In this document: one piece after another, positions 29,266 to 39,068 of the stretch | How positions within the stretch are numbered: the first letter of the stretch is position 1 | Layout: each line of letters starts with the position of its first letter | NCBI GenBank assembly: GCA_037445065.1 | Contig: JBBILD010000017.1 | Span: 15,419 to 79,418 of the forward strand | Reading direction: 5' to 3' | Origin: Myxococcales bacterium | GTDB lineage: Bacteria > Desulfobacterota > Binatia > HRBIN30 | Length of the DNA stretch: 64,000 nt | Program-made: the position numbers and the translations under genes | The notes under the pieces: generated by a model | Database searches by the model: none | Seen by the model: the letters and a program-made list of their open reading frames with translations, nothing else | What the model was told of the DNA's origin: nothing

Positions 29266-30096
29266 GTGGGGATGGAGGAAGATTGTAGATTGTCCGCAGC
29301 CGAGTTACCCAGCCAAGCCATCGAACGAGTGTCTGCGCTCGAGCCGGAACACTTCGCCCGCGCTTACGTGCGGCTCCGCAAGCCGGTCATCCTCTGTGGC
29401 TTGACCGCTGAGTGGGCGCCCCCTGAATTCTGGCTCTTCGACTCCTTTGTCCGCCGCTACGCCACGTTGACGGTGATCGCCGTTCGCTTGGCGCAAGGAG
29501 TCATCCTCGAGCATGCCCGGCAGGGAGTAATGTTTGAAAAGGTTTCCTTGGGGGCTCTGGTGTCCCAACTTCCACGCGAGGCGCACGGTAACTACGTGTC
29601 AGCACCCGTCGAGAGCCTACCCGTTGGTCTCCAGAACCGCTTCTCTATCCCGCGCTACTGCCGTCATGCTTCGTATTCGCGAGGAAAGCTGTGGGTGGGC
29701 CGCGCTGGAACAGTGACTCCTTTGCACTGGGACGTGGGCCATAACCTGCACGCGCAGTTGAGCGGGCGCAAGCGCTGGACGCTTTTTCCTTCGGGGGCAC
29801 GGGCTTCGCTCTACCCACGCGGGTTTTGCTCGGGGATGCCGAATTTCGCGCGCGTAGATCCGGAACGCCCGGATTTCGACCGCTTCCCACGACTGCGCGC
29901 AGCGTGCCCCTACCGAGCCGTGTTAGAGCCCGGGGACACACTGTTCATTCCATGCGGCTGGTGGCATCACACGCGGCTTCTGGAGGACTCTGTGTCCATC
30001 AATTTTTGGTGGGGAGGCCGGGCCGTGGCGGGGGCCGCATGGGTCTCGGCGCTGTTCAAACGACTGCGCGGAATTGCCGCCGGCGAGTGGGACTGA
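29266..30096 (+). CDS. JmjC/cupin-like Fe(II)/2-oxoglutarate oxygenase
   Basis: KPVIL.GL..W, LWVG, TPLHWD, GRKRWTLF, LEPGDTLFIPCGWWHH (HxD...H triad) and SINFWW. Confidence 0.9.
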   Translation: MGMEEDCRLSAAELPSQAIERVSALEPEHFARAYVRLRKPVILCGLTAEWAPPEFWLFDSFVRRYATLTVIAVRLAQGVILEHARQGVMFEKVSLGALVSQLPREAHGNYVSAPVESLPVGLQNRFSIPRYCRHASYSRGKLWVGRAGTVTPLHWDVGHNLHAQLSGRKRWTLFPSGARASLYPRGFCSGMPNFARVDPERPDFDRFPRLRAACPYRAVLEPGDTLFIPCGWWHHTRLLEDSVSINFWWGGRAVAGAAWVSALFKRLRGIAAGEWD

Positions 30097-32216
30097 GGAA
30101 CCTCGCCGCAACCGACGAGCCGCCAGCGTCCGCCCTCAAGGCGCGGCTCCCACCGAGCAGTGCTCAGGTTTGCGGCCCACACGCGCCCGAGGGCTGCGGG
30201 GTCGCGCAGTTCGAAGAGCGTGACCCCAGGAACCTGCGCGCACAGCGAGCGCGAAACGGCCAAATCGTGCTCGAGACCTGGACTCCAAAACACGAGATCT
30301 TTGCCATCGCGGAGGAATTGCTGCACGGGGAACGCGGACCCTTGCCAGCGCCAGTACCCAACAGGTCGGCGCCCTGCATATGCGGTCATCGGCCCGACAT
30401 ACAGCCAGCGAACGTCCGAGTGAAACGCCACAGGATAGTCGAGGAATACGGCTCGCTCTGCTTCCTCGGGAGCGAGGCTCTCGAGGGCGATCCCGGTCGC
30501 CGAGGCAGACAAGATGTACGGGTTGACTCGGTGCACCAGCCAGTGGCCGCTCAGGGCAGAGAGAAGCGCGGCCACGAGCGCCGCCGGCAATCGGAGCGTT
30601 GGCATGAGATGGTCCAACACGTTTGCCAGGCCGGCCGCTGCGATCAGAGCCACCGGGATGGCGAGCGCGACTGAGTGCACGACATCTACTCGGTCCACAG
30701 GGGAAACGAACGAAGGAACGAGGCTGGCTACGAACAGCCCGAGCATGGTGCGCGCGTTTGGGTTCCGCCGTAGAGAGTGGATGCTTGTGGCCAAACCGAA
30801 GGCGAAAAGCAGGGAGGTAAGAGGGTCGAAAATCGTGTCGCCCCAAATGCGGATGTGCAGGCGCGAATGCGCGAACGGCGCGAGCAACGCCCCGATCGCA
30901 ATATCCGCGGCACGGCGGATGTCCACAGTGCGCCCCTCTTCCATGAGCAGGACGGAGGCTTGTCCGAGAAGCGCCAGGTCCAAGTACGCAGCCTTGCCGT
31001 GGAAGCTGAGGTAATGCCTGGCTTCGGCAAAAGAGAACACATGGGAAAACGCGGGCAGCACGGCTGCGAACAAGCCCACGGCACCCGCCACCCAGGCTCC
31101 GTGCAGAGCGCTCCAGGTGGAGCGCAAACGGGCGAGGAAATGTAGGCCGACCGCTGCCACAATTGGAATCATGCTGGGGTACAGCGCTGCCAATCCGGCC
31201 AAGGGACCGGTAGCGGCCAGCGCCGCCGGGGATGCGGTACGCGCGAAGCTTCGCCACGCTAGCAACAGCGCGACGGTCATGACCGGACCAAAGACGAACG
31301 GTGCGGCACTGACTGCCATCAAATGCGTAAACGGGGAAAAAAGGAAACTGGCTGCGGCGAAGGCCGCGGGCAGGGGACCCAAAAACGAAGCGGTGATTGC
31401 CGCTAGGCTGAGCCCTGCCACAGCAAGCCAGAGCACCTGATGCAGTTGCAGACTCGACAAACTGGGCTCGCCGAGGCCAAGAGCCCAAAAGGGAGGTCCT
31501 TGAAAAAGAAACGGCAGGGCCGCCAAATTGGAAAGCTCGGTATCGTAACGTTCCGCCAGCAAGTTCCCGCGGCGCGCAGCGAAGAGCAGGGCGTCGACGA
31601 AGGCCCGCCACTGGTCGACCGCCCGGCTCGCTTCCAGGCCGCCAACTTCCCCAGCCAGAGACCAAGCTACCCAGACGGCAACCACTGCCAGGGGCGCCCC
31701 CAGCGCCGCGTCTGGACAGCGCCGGGTCGTGGCTCCGGTGGCGACGATCGGGACGCTGCGTAGGAATAGTGCAGGCAGGAACAGTGCGACGACAAAAAGC
31801 AAGGAACCGGCAGTTCCTGTGTAGTTGAGCCATGGAGCAGCGAATAGCAACGCGAGGGCAGCGGCCAGTGCCGCGCGAAGTCGGTAGGCCGGAATCCTTG
31901 CTTCAGCTCGGGGCTGCGTAAGGATCGGCGATGCGAGGCGAGCGCAGGTAGCGGCGAACCAGCATGCCGCTACCGCCAAGGCGAGAAGCCGCACACCCAC
32001 CCACCATTCCGGGACCCCGGGAAACAGGCGCGACCAGAAGCCGGCCTCCGCCCTCCATTCTGGCATCTGACCCGCTGGCGGCATGAACAGCGGCAGCGCG
32101 TAGCACCCTGACAGCAGCGCGATCCCAGTCGCGTGTAGCCACCGGCGCGGCGCGGGGCAGGCGGGTCCCGTTCCGTTTCTCTGCCAGCTCTTTAGAGCCC
32201 CACGGCCCGCTGACAC
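29967..32216 (-). CDS. Large polytopic membrane protein, possibly a GT-C-fold glycosyltransferase
   Basis: About 750 aa with many hydrophobic helices and a soluble C-terminal domain. GTG at 32216 sits 5 bp after the usp stop. 3' end overlaps the JmjC gene. Function is inferred from architecture only. Confidence 0.65.
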   Translation of the reverse strand: MSAGRGALKSWQRNGTGPACPAPRRWLHATGIALLSGCYALPLFMPPAGQMPEWRAEAGFWSRLFPGVPEWWVGVRLLALAVAACWFAATCARLASPILTQPRAEARIPAYRLRAALAAALALLFAAPWLNYTGTAGSLLFVVALFLPALFLRSVPIVATGATTRRCPDAALGAPLAVVAVWVAWSLAGEVGGLEASRAVDQWRAFVDALLFAARRGNLLAERYDTELSNLAALPFLFQGPPFWALGLGEPSLSSLQLHQVLWLAVAGLSLAAITASFLGPLPAAFAAASFLFSPFTHLMAVSAAPFVFGPVMTVALLLAWRSFARTASPAALAATGPLAGLAALYPSMIPIVAAVGLHFLARLRSTWSALHGAWVAGAVGLFAAVLPAFSHVFSFAEARHYLSFHGKAAYLDLALLGQASVLLMEEGRTVDIRRAADIAIGALLAPFAHSRLHIRIWGDTIFDPLTSLLFAFGLATSIHSLRRNPNARTMLGLFVASLVPSFVSPVDRVDVVHSVALAIPVALIAAAGLANVLDHLMPTLRLPAALVAALLSALSGHWLVHRVNPYILSASATGIALESLAPEEAERAVFLDYPVAFHSDVRWLYVGPMTAYAGRRPVGYWRWQGSAFPVQQFLRDGKDLVFWSPGLEHDLAVSRSLCAQVPGVTLFELRDPAALGRVWAANLSTARWEPRLEGGRWRLVGCGEVPQSHSPAAIPRSRLNSAETHAAPATARPPHQKLMDTESSRSRV

Positions 32217-32220
32217 TGCC

Positions 32221-33138
32221 TCAGTCTCTCGGGCGCACGATTTCCACCGTGGTGTGGACTCGCCCAGCGATCGCCGCGGATACACTGCCGAGCAAGAACC
32301 GCTCGACGAAGTTGAGCCCGCGGGCGCCAACAAACACGCAGTCCACAGCGGCGCGCTCTGCCTCCTCCAACAAGCGGTGCTTGGGGTCGCCCTCCAGTAA
32401 AGCAGACGATGCACGCAAGCCTGCCCGCTCGATGCGGGCGGCTGCATCGTCCAGCATGCGGCGGAAGACAGCCTGCGCCTCCATATCCCCCGTTTGTACC
32501 CACCGCCGGAGCGGAGACTCTGTAGACCCGAGGTCGCTCAGCATCCGTGGTTCCATCACCGTGACCACGTGCACAGCAGTTTCCTCGGGCCAGCGCCGGG
32601 TGAGCAGGGCATCGAAGGCTGCGCAGGCGCCCGGCGAGCCGTCGAAGCCGAGGAGAAGCCGCAACTCAGTTCGCGCAGGGTCGGGGCGGTGGCGCGCGAT
32701 CCGCACCGAGCACGGAGCCTCGGTGGCGACTTTTTGCGAGACACTACCGAGGAGGATCCGGCCCACAGCCGAACGCCCGTGCGACCCGACCACGAGTAGA
32801 TCCGCAGCCCATTCCTTGGCGGCTTTGATCAGCCCCCAAGCGGGCGAGTCAGCCCTTGCCTCGCATTCGACCGTCCAACTCGGAAATTGCTCCGCGAGGA
32901 AGTCGCGCCCTTGTTCGGCAACCCGTAGTGCTTCTTGGAACGCTTGGCGGGCCAGGGCCCTGCCCTTGGCTACCGGCAATGGCAGTGCTTGCTCCTCTTG
33001 TGGAGTCAGCGAAGGCAGCCAAACATCAGCCACACAAACCACCTTGGCTTGTGTGCCGGGTGGAAGCCCTGCCAACGCAAGCCCATCGAGCGCCTCGCGC
33101 GCACAGGCAGTGCCGTCGTAACCAATCACCAGCTTCAT
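32221..33138 (-). CDS. Tandem-domain universal stress protein
   Basis: Two Usp domains: GYDG...VVGSHGR...LLGSVS and GFDGS...VGARG...LLGSVS. Confidence 0.93.
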   Translation of the reverse strand: MKLVIGYDGTACAREALDGLALAGLPPGTQAKVVCVADVWLPSLTPQEEQALPLPVAKGRALARQAFQEALRVAEQGRDFLAEQFPSWTVECEARADSPAWGLIKAAKEWAADLLVVGSHGRSAVGRILLGSVSQKVATEAPCSVRIARHRPDPARTELRLLLGFDGSPGACAAFDALLTRRWPEETAVHVVTVMEPRMLSDLGSTESPLRRWVQTGDMEAQAVFRRMLDDAAARIERAGLRASSALLEGDPKHRLLEEAERAAVDCVFVGARGLNFVERFLLGSVSAAIAGRVHTTVEIVRPRD

Positions 33139-33185
33139 AGTTGACCACCTCGTTTCTCCCAGGATTGAACACGGCGCAAGGCGTC

Positions 33186-34148
33186 TCAGCGGGCGGCTGT
33201 TTTCGAGCGGGCTTGCGCGTGTTGCGGTCCTTCTGCTTCCCGCTTGGGGAAGGCAAGCGAGGCCAGCACAGCCGTGGCCAAAATGGCCCCAACCACGCCG
33301 AGCGAAACTCCGATGGGGATCTTGTAGAATTCGGAGACCAGCATCTTGCACCCAACGAAGGTCAGGACAATCGCCAGCCCGACCTGCAGGAAACGAAACA
33401 TGTCCATCACTCCGGCCAGCAAGAAATAGAGAGCGCGCAGGCCGAGGATGGCGAACACGTTCGAGGTGTAGACAATGAAGGGATCGCGAGTCACAGCAAA
33501 AATGGCCGGAATCGAGTCGAGCGCGAAGACCAGGTCGGTTGTCTCCACGACCACCAGCACGAGCAGCAAGGGCGTGGCCCAGACGCGCCCCTCGAGACGG
33601 ACAAAAAAGGACTGGCCATGATACTGGCTGGTGACCGGAACGATCCGGCGGACCACGCGCAGAATGGGATTTTTCTCAGGCTCCACCTCTTTCTCGGTAG
33701 AAAACAGCAGGCGGATGCCTGTGATCACCAAGAAACCCCCGAAGACGTAAATCATCCAGTGAAAACGGTTGAGTAGGGCGACCCCGGTGGCGATGAACGC
33801 GCCGCGCATGATCAGCGCGCCGAGGATCCCCCAATAAAGGACGCGGTGCTGGTAGATGTTCGGCACCGCGAAGTAGCTGAAGATCATGAGGAACACGAAC
33901 AGGTTGTCCACACTGAGCGACTTTTCGATCAAATACCCGGTCAAGAACTCGAGCGCCCGTTCGTAGCCCCACATCCAGTAGATCAGACCGTTGAAGGCCA
34001 GAGCCAGCGCCACCCAAACGATGCTCCACGCTGCCGCTTCGCGCAGCGTAACCGCGTGCGCTCGGCGATGGAAAACGCCGAGGTCGAGCGCCAGCATCGC
34101 GACGACGAATAGGTTGAATCCGACCCAAAGTAGCCAGCGATGCTCCAT
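33186..34148 (-). CDS. TerC/Alx-family membrane protein
   Basis: GYLIEKSLSVDNLFVF, ETTDLVFALDSIPAI and SNVFAILGLRALYF motifs. Confidence 0.95.
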   Translation of the reverse strand: MEHRWLLWVGFNLFVVAMLALDLGVFHRRAHAVTLREAAAWSIVWVALALAFNGLIYWMWGYERALEFLTGYLIEKSLSVDNLFVFLMIFSYFAVPNIYQHRVLYWGILGALIMRGAFIATGVALLNRFHWMIYVFGGFLVITGIRLLFSTEKEVEPEKNPILRVVRRIVPVTSQYHGQSFFVRLEGRVWATPLLLVLVVVETTDLVFALDSIPAIFAVTRDPFIVYTSNVFAILGLRALYFLLAGVMDMFRFLQVGLAIVLTFVGCKMLVSEFYKIPIGVSLGVVGAILATAVLASLAFPKREAEGPQHAQARSKTAAR

Positions 34149-34533
34149 CCCTTTTACGCCTCCTCCGACCGCGCGTCCGGCTTCTTAGCGAGCGAGGGCG
34201 AGCACGGCACCTCTGCTGAGCGGGAACCAGACCAGCGTGGGCAGCTCAGAAGCATGCATGCAACGGGCTTTCTGCGCGCGACTTCCAGCGTGAGGTCGTG
34301 ACGAGCGCAAAGCGAACAACGTGCCGCGCCGAACGGGGCTTGATCGGTGCGCGTTCCGGCCGCGGGTTGTGCTCGTGGCAGCAAACGGTCCACTGCCTCT
34401 TCTCTCGCGTTCTTGCCTAGACTCGCGGTGTGGCGGCGCCTTGTTCGACGGGGCCAATTGGGGTTCGCGTGCCGCTCTTCCCATCGGATTGCTCGGCAGC
34501 GCCTTAGGCTCCGTTGACGATGCTGCGGCTCAG

Positions 34534-35223
34534 TCAGGCACCCGGCCCTTGAGGTAGGAACAAGCCCTCGATGATGGGGTCTCCTTGCCGAGAGCGATCG
34601 TCAATCACCGAATTCATCATGATTGGGTAGGTACAGACCCGAATGAGTTCGCTCGAAGTCCGCGTCTCTCGCTTGCGTACCATCCCCTGGGCATCGGTGT
34701 ACTCGTACTGGAAGTCCCACGCCAGCAGCATGACACGGGTGCCGATGCCATTGAGCTTGCGCACGAGTGGCACGTAGTCGCTATCCGAGGTGAGCAGCGC
34801 CACCACGTCGAAGCCCTTGTGAATGGCCAGATCGAAGGCTTCGAGGGCAAGCCACACGTCAATGCCTTTTTCCTTCGGCCGCCCCGCTAGCTTCTCGTCG
34901 AGGGGCAAGTAGTGTTGAACGATTCCCGCACGCATCAACACCTCATCGAAACGCCGCTCGTCTTCTAGCTTGCCGGCCTGCAGCGCGGCGTCGGTGGAAA
35001 AACGGCCGCGGAACCAATGGGCCTCGACGATTTGACACTGCCCCACTTCGCGCTTTTCTCGCTCCGCCACCGCGTGGCGGATGAACTCCTGTACCCCGAG
35101 TAAATCGAGTCGCGCCTTTCGCGGGTGCTGGAATTTGTAGTAGCGGCTGACCTCGTCGAAATAGCCCCCGTCAAAAAAAACCGCGACGCGAACCAACCGT
35201 CCATCTGTTGAACTGCGCAACAT
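34534..35223 (-). CDS. NYN/LabA (PIN-like) domain protein
   Basis: VFFDGGYF, EKGIDVWLALE and LTSDSDYVPLVRKL motifs. Confidence 0.9.
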   Translation of the reverse strand: MLRSSTDGRLVRVAVFFDGGYFDEVSRYYKFQHPRKARLDLLGVQEFIRHAVAEREKREVGQCQIVEAHWFRGRFSTDAALQAGKLEDERRFDEVLMRAGIVQHYLPLDEKLAGRPKEKGIDVWLALEAFDLAIHKGFDVVALLTSDSDYVPLVRKLNGIGTRVMLLAWDFQYEYTDAQGMVRKRETRTSSELIRVCTYPIMMNSVIDDRSRQGDPIIEGLFLPQGPGA

Positions 35224-35303
35224 CGTCCTCTCGACCCTTTGCAGTTTGCCGGCCCTTTAGTTGGGCTATCGGCGGGTGCGCAAGACGCCGCCAATTGCCG
35301 TCG

Positions 35304-36443
35304 CTACATCTGGCCCTTGTGCGCGGTAAGAAGCTGCGCCGAATGGGTGGCGCGTGCCTGCCCGACCCACTGGTCGAGCTTCGACCACTGCTCCATGAGC
35401 CAGGCCTTCCGCTCCGCTTCCGTCGTTGGGATCTCCGCCGCCGGCACTTTCCAGAGCGTCACCCGCACCGTGTTCCCGAGTAGCCGCCCGTGCCACAGGT
35501 CGGCAAAGGTGGCGGCGTCCTCCAAGCCTGAGTGCGCAACAAACACAACGTCGGCCGTTGGCACGCTTGCCAGCAAAGCCAAGGGGCCAGCGGTCTTTGG
35601 CGGGAAGACGTGACGGAAGGCGTGCACACGCTCGAGTCCTTCTTGGTTCCCTGCCTGCGCGAGGCGCGCCAGCAAGCGCTCTCGCTTCGCGGCCGTAAAG
35701 CGGGTTCCCTCTGGGTAAATGACGACGGCCTCTCCGGCTGCGAGTCCCCTTGCGAGGGCGTGCAAGCGCGCCACCTCGCGCTGCGGTTGATCCGAGCCAC
35801 GGCGCACAAAGGCGTTGGGCAGTCGGTTGCCCACCACATCCAAACAGGGCTCCCACAGAAGTTCCTGTTTCATGACGTACCGGAACCGCAGGGGGCGAAA
35901 ACTCTCGATCATCGTGATCGGTAACAGGGTGTCAATAATGCTGGCGTGGCGCATGAACACAATGTGCGGGCCAGGACCGATTTCGGCTTCTTCCACTTGG
36001 AAACGCAGGCCGAAGAGCTTGCGGATCCCGAGCATCAGCGTGCGCGCCCAGACGCGTTGCAGCGCATAGTTCCAGCGCAAATACCGTTCGCCGCTAGCGG
36101 CCAGGCCGGCCACCCACACGCCGCCGCTAGCGACGAGCCCCAAGGCTTCGCAAGCAAAGTACAAACATACGCCCGTCAGCGCTCGAGAGGTGACGAACAG
36201 GCGAGGCCGGCGTAAGAGGTCCGCTGCAAAAGCGGGCAGGATGAGCAAGGTCCACACAAAGGGGCTTGCCGCACCGCAGAGCAGAAAAAGCGGTAGCGTG
36301 ATCGCTCGGCGCCCCCAGCGTGTTCGCCGTGCCTCTCGCTCGGTGAACTCCTCGCCCGCAGACTCGAAGGGGGAGACGTCGGGTGCAGACCGCACTTTGG
36401 CTGCGCGCGGATTTTGACTCGCAAGGCTCATCTCTTTCATCAT
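35304..36443 (-). CDS. PlsC-family lysophospholipid acyltransferase
   Basis: HASIID (HxxxxD), FVRR and IYPEGTRF motifs; N-terminal TM segments; start uncertain. Confidence 0.85.
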   Translation of the reverse strand: MMKEMSLASQNPRAAKVRSAPDVSPFESAGEEFTEREARRTRWGRRAITLPLFLLCGAASPFVWTLLILPAFAADLLRRPRLFVTSRALTGVCLYFACEALGLVASGGVWVAGLAASGERYLRWNYALQRVWARTLMLGIRKLFGLRFQVEEAEIGPGPHIVFMRHASIIDTLLPITMIESFRPLRFRYVMKQELLWEPCLDVVGNRLPNAFVRRGSDQPQREVARLHALARGLAAGEAVVIYPEGTRFTAAKRERLLARLAQAGNQEGLERVHAFRHVFPPKTAGPLALLASVPTADVVFVAHSGLEDAATFADLWHGRLLGNTVRVTLWKVPAAEIPTTEAERKAWLMEQWSKLDQWVGQARATHSAQLLTAHKGQM

Positions 36444-36838
36444 TCACAAGTACTGGTTCGATTCTAGGCCCTGGGGCTTGTCGTTGGGCCAAGCGGCGAT
36501 GGTCCTCGCCTTGGCCGTGTCTGGTGCCCGGCCCGCTCGGGTGCGTGCGGCGGAAATCGTCGGGAATGCTCGCAGCGACGCGTAGTCCCTCTTGCCGCCG
36601 GGAAAGCTGTGCTCTCGCCGCCACACGCAGAGGCTGGGGCAGCGCTGGTGAGTCGGGACGGGAAGGGTGCCGCGCGCGACAAAAGGTCGCGGGCAATGCG
36701 TAGTGGGGAGCGGTCGGACGCACGAGGGACGTCGGAGAGGGGCACGAATGAGTCACCGAGGGCGTGTCCGTACCGCTGCTGCGGGTGGTGCGGAGGCCCC
36801 GCAATGGGCGGCGTGGGCAAGAGCCGAGCACCAACTTC

Positions 36839-37927
36839 TCAGACGCGGCCCACCAAGGCGCGCTGCCGCAAGTAGTGATCGGCGAGAACCAGGCACGCCA
36901 TTGCTTCCACCATCGGTACAGCCCGGGGCAAAACGCAGGGGTCGTGCCGGCCTTTGCCCTCCACCGTCACTGGGTGCCCTTCGCGGTCCACGGTTTCTTG
37001 CGGGCAGGCAATCGTTGCGGTGGGTTTGAAGGCCACCCGAAAGTAAATGTCCTCGCCGTTGCTGATACCACCTTGCACGCCTCCCGAACGGTTGCTGCGC
37101 GTGCGGATGCGCCCGCTCGAGTCCGTAAAAAACGGGTCGTTGTGCTCGATGCCGGTAAGCAGAGTGCCGGCAAAGCCGCTGCCGATTTCAAAGCCTTTCG
37201 ATGCGGGCAACGACAACATGGCCTTGGCGAGGTCGGCCTCCAGGCGGTCGAACACTGGCTCCCCGAGCCCGGGGGGAACGTTGCGGCATACGCATTCAAC
37301 CACGCCACCGAGCGAATTTCCCTCTCTCCGAGCTGCCTCGATGCGAGCGATCATTTCCTGCGCGGCCGCGGCGTCCGGGCAGCGGACCGGAGTGGATTCC
37401 ACTTGTTCCAGGGTTACGCTGCTCAACTCGACCTGCGCTTCTACGGTGTGTACCCGCCGCACCCAAGCCAGCACCTCGACACCAGCCACCTCCCGCAAGA
37501 ACTTGCGCGCAATCGCGCCAGCCGCCACACGGCCGACAGTCTCGCGTGCAGAGGCGCGCCCACCGCCTTGCCAGTTGCGGATTCCATACTTGGCTTCGTA
37601 GGTGAAGTCGGCGTGGGAAGGGCGGAAGACGTTCTTCAAGGCCTCATAGGCGGAGGGGCGCGCGTCCGTGTTGCGCACCAAGATCGCGATCGGTGTCCCT
37701 AAGGTGCGGCCCTCGAACACCCCGGACAAAATCTCCGCGCGATCCTCCTCCTGCCGCGGTGTGGTAAGCCGGCTCTGACCGGGCCGCCGGCGGTCGAGGT
37801 CGTACTGGATCTCTTCCACGCTCAGCGGCAGCCCAGGCGGGCAGCCGTCCACCACCACGCCCACTGCGCCACCGTGCGACTCGCCAAAGGTGGAAATGCG
37901 GAAGAGATGTCCGAAGATGGAGCCCAT
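36839..37927 (-). CDS. aroC: Chorismate synthase
   Basis: [30 protein letters not shown] and GRHDPC motifs. Confidence 0.98.
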   Translation of the reverse strand: MGSIFGHLFRISTFGESHGGAVGVVVDGCPPGLPLSVEEIQYDLDRRRPGQSRLTTPRQEEDRAEILSGVFEGRTLGTPIAILVRNTDARPSAYEALKNVFRPSHADFTYEAKYGIRNWQGGGRASARETVGRVAAGAIARKFLREVAGVEVLAWVRRVHTVEAQVELSSVTLEQVESTPVRCPDAAAAQEMIARIEAARREGNSLGGVVECVCRNVPPGLGEPVFDRLEADLAKAMLSLPASKGFEIGSGFAGTLLTGIEHNDPFFTDSSGRIRTRSNRSGGVQGGISNGEDIYFRVAFKPTATIACPQETVDREGHPVTVEGKGRHDPCVLPRAVPMVEAMACLVLADHYLRQRALVGRV

Positions 37928-38031
37928 GTGCCGCTCACCTTAGGGCAGGGCCGGCAGCGGCTCAAGAACGCTGGCTTGCTGCCTTCCGGCGATGCGCGAG
38001 CTGCAGTTCGCAGCCGCTGTCCGCCCGCCGG

Positions 38032-38874
38032 TCAGGCGTCTGCCTCGCCGAGTTTTTTGCCACGCAGGGCCCGCTCGCGCGCCCGCTCGACCACCCCAGG
38101 GTCTACCGGATCGGCCTTCTGCATCCCCCAGCGCAGCACCCCGGGCAAGACCAGGCGTAGAAAACGAGCCGTCATGAGCATCGGGTTGCGCTGCGGAACG
38201 GTGATCTCGAAGCGGCGTCGTTCGATGCATTCGACGATTGCGTCGGCCACCATTTGCGCCGGGTATTTCTTGCCTTGGTAGGAGGGCGGTTCGTCTTCCT
38301 TGAGCCAAATTTCGGTGTCAATCGGCCCGGGATGCACCAAGGCGGCGTGGATCCCGGTGCCAGCGAGGTCGTGCCATAGTCCTTCGGTGAACGAACTCAT
38401 GGCTGCTTTGGATGCGGCGTAGAGCGGTTCCCTGGGTGGGGTAACGCGCGCCGCGAAGGAAGACACGTTCACGATCGTCCCTCCACCCTGGCGCAGCATC
38501 ACCGGGATGGCCGCAAAGGTCGTCCACACACACGAGAGAAAATTCACCCGCATCACCACCTCGGCCTCGTCCGCGTGCGTGTGGAGCACATGCTTGTGCT
38601 TGGAAATGGCGGCGTTGTTCACCAGCACGTCGAGGCGGCCGAGACGGCGTACGGTTTCTTCGATGATTCCTTCGGCAAAGGCTTGCTCGCCTAGATCCCC
38701 TGCCAGGTAAAAGGACTCGCGAGTGAAGGAGCGGCAGCGTTCGAGGACTTCCTGCAAGAGCTGCTCTCTGCGCGCCACGAGCACAACTTGCATCCCACGC
38801 CGAGCGAGCGTTTGGGCCGTTACCGCGCCGATTCCGGATGAGGCTCCGGTGACGACCGCCACTTTGCCTTCCAT
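38032..38874 (-). CDS. Short-chain dehydrogenase/reductase
   Basis: TGASSGIG, NNA and YAASK motifs. Confidence 0.93.
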   Translation of the reverse strand: MEGKVAVVTGASSGIGAVTAQTLARRGMQVVLVARREQLLQEVLERCRSFTRESFYLAGDLGEQAFAEGIIEETVRRLGRLDVLVNNAAISKHKHVLHTHADEAEVVMRVNFLSCVWTTFAAIPVMLRQGGGTIVNVSSFAARVTPPREPLYAASKAAMSSFTEGLWHDLAGTGIHAALVHPGPIDTEIWLKEDEPPSYQGKKYPAQMVADAIVECIERRRFEITVPQRNPMLMTARFLRLVLPGVLRWGMQKADPVDPGVVERARERALRGKKLGEADA

Positions 38875-38936
38875 GGTTCCCTCCTGTTGCCTTCGAGCTT
38901 TGCAGTTGGAGAAGATGCCCCGCGTTTTTCCATCCT

Positions 38937-38970
38937 CACGGGCGCCAAGGCAACCACACGGACGCCAAGG
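38937..38970. repeat. Imperfect 14-bp direct repeat with 20-bp period
   Basis: CACGGGCGCCAAGG (38937-38950) and CACGGACGCCAAGG (38957-38970). Confidence 0.5.
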
Positions 38971-39068
38971 TTTCGCCCTCCGGGGCCGGATCCAGGCAGA
39001 ACACAGCTGTTGGGATTTTGCGACCTCGTGCCCAGGGGGGCCGGCGCTTTGCTACGCAGCGGCGCGCT

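Noticed and set aside
34149..34533. yybP-ykoY manganese riboswitch expected upstream of terC/alx
   Set aside because: I could not find the conserved GGGGAGUAG or GAGACC elements on the minus strand. An Rfam cmscan would be decisive.
36451..36480. tRNA T-arm-like GGTTCGATTC
   Set aside because: Only a 4-bp imperfect stem, with no D-arm, anticodon arm or matching acceptor stem.
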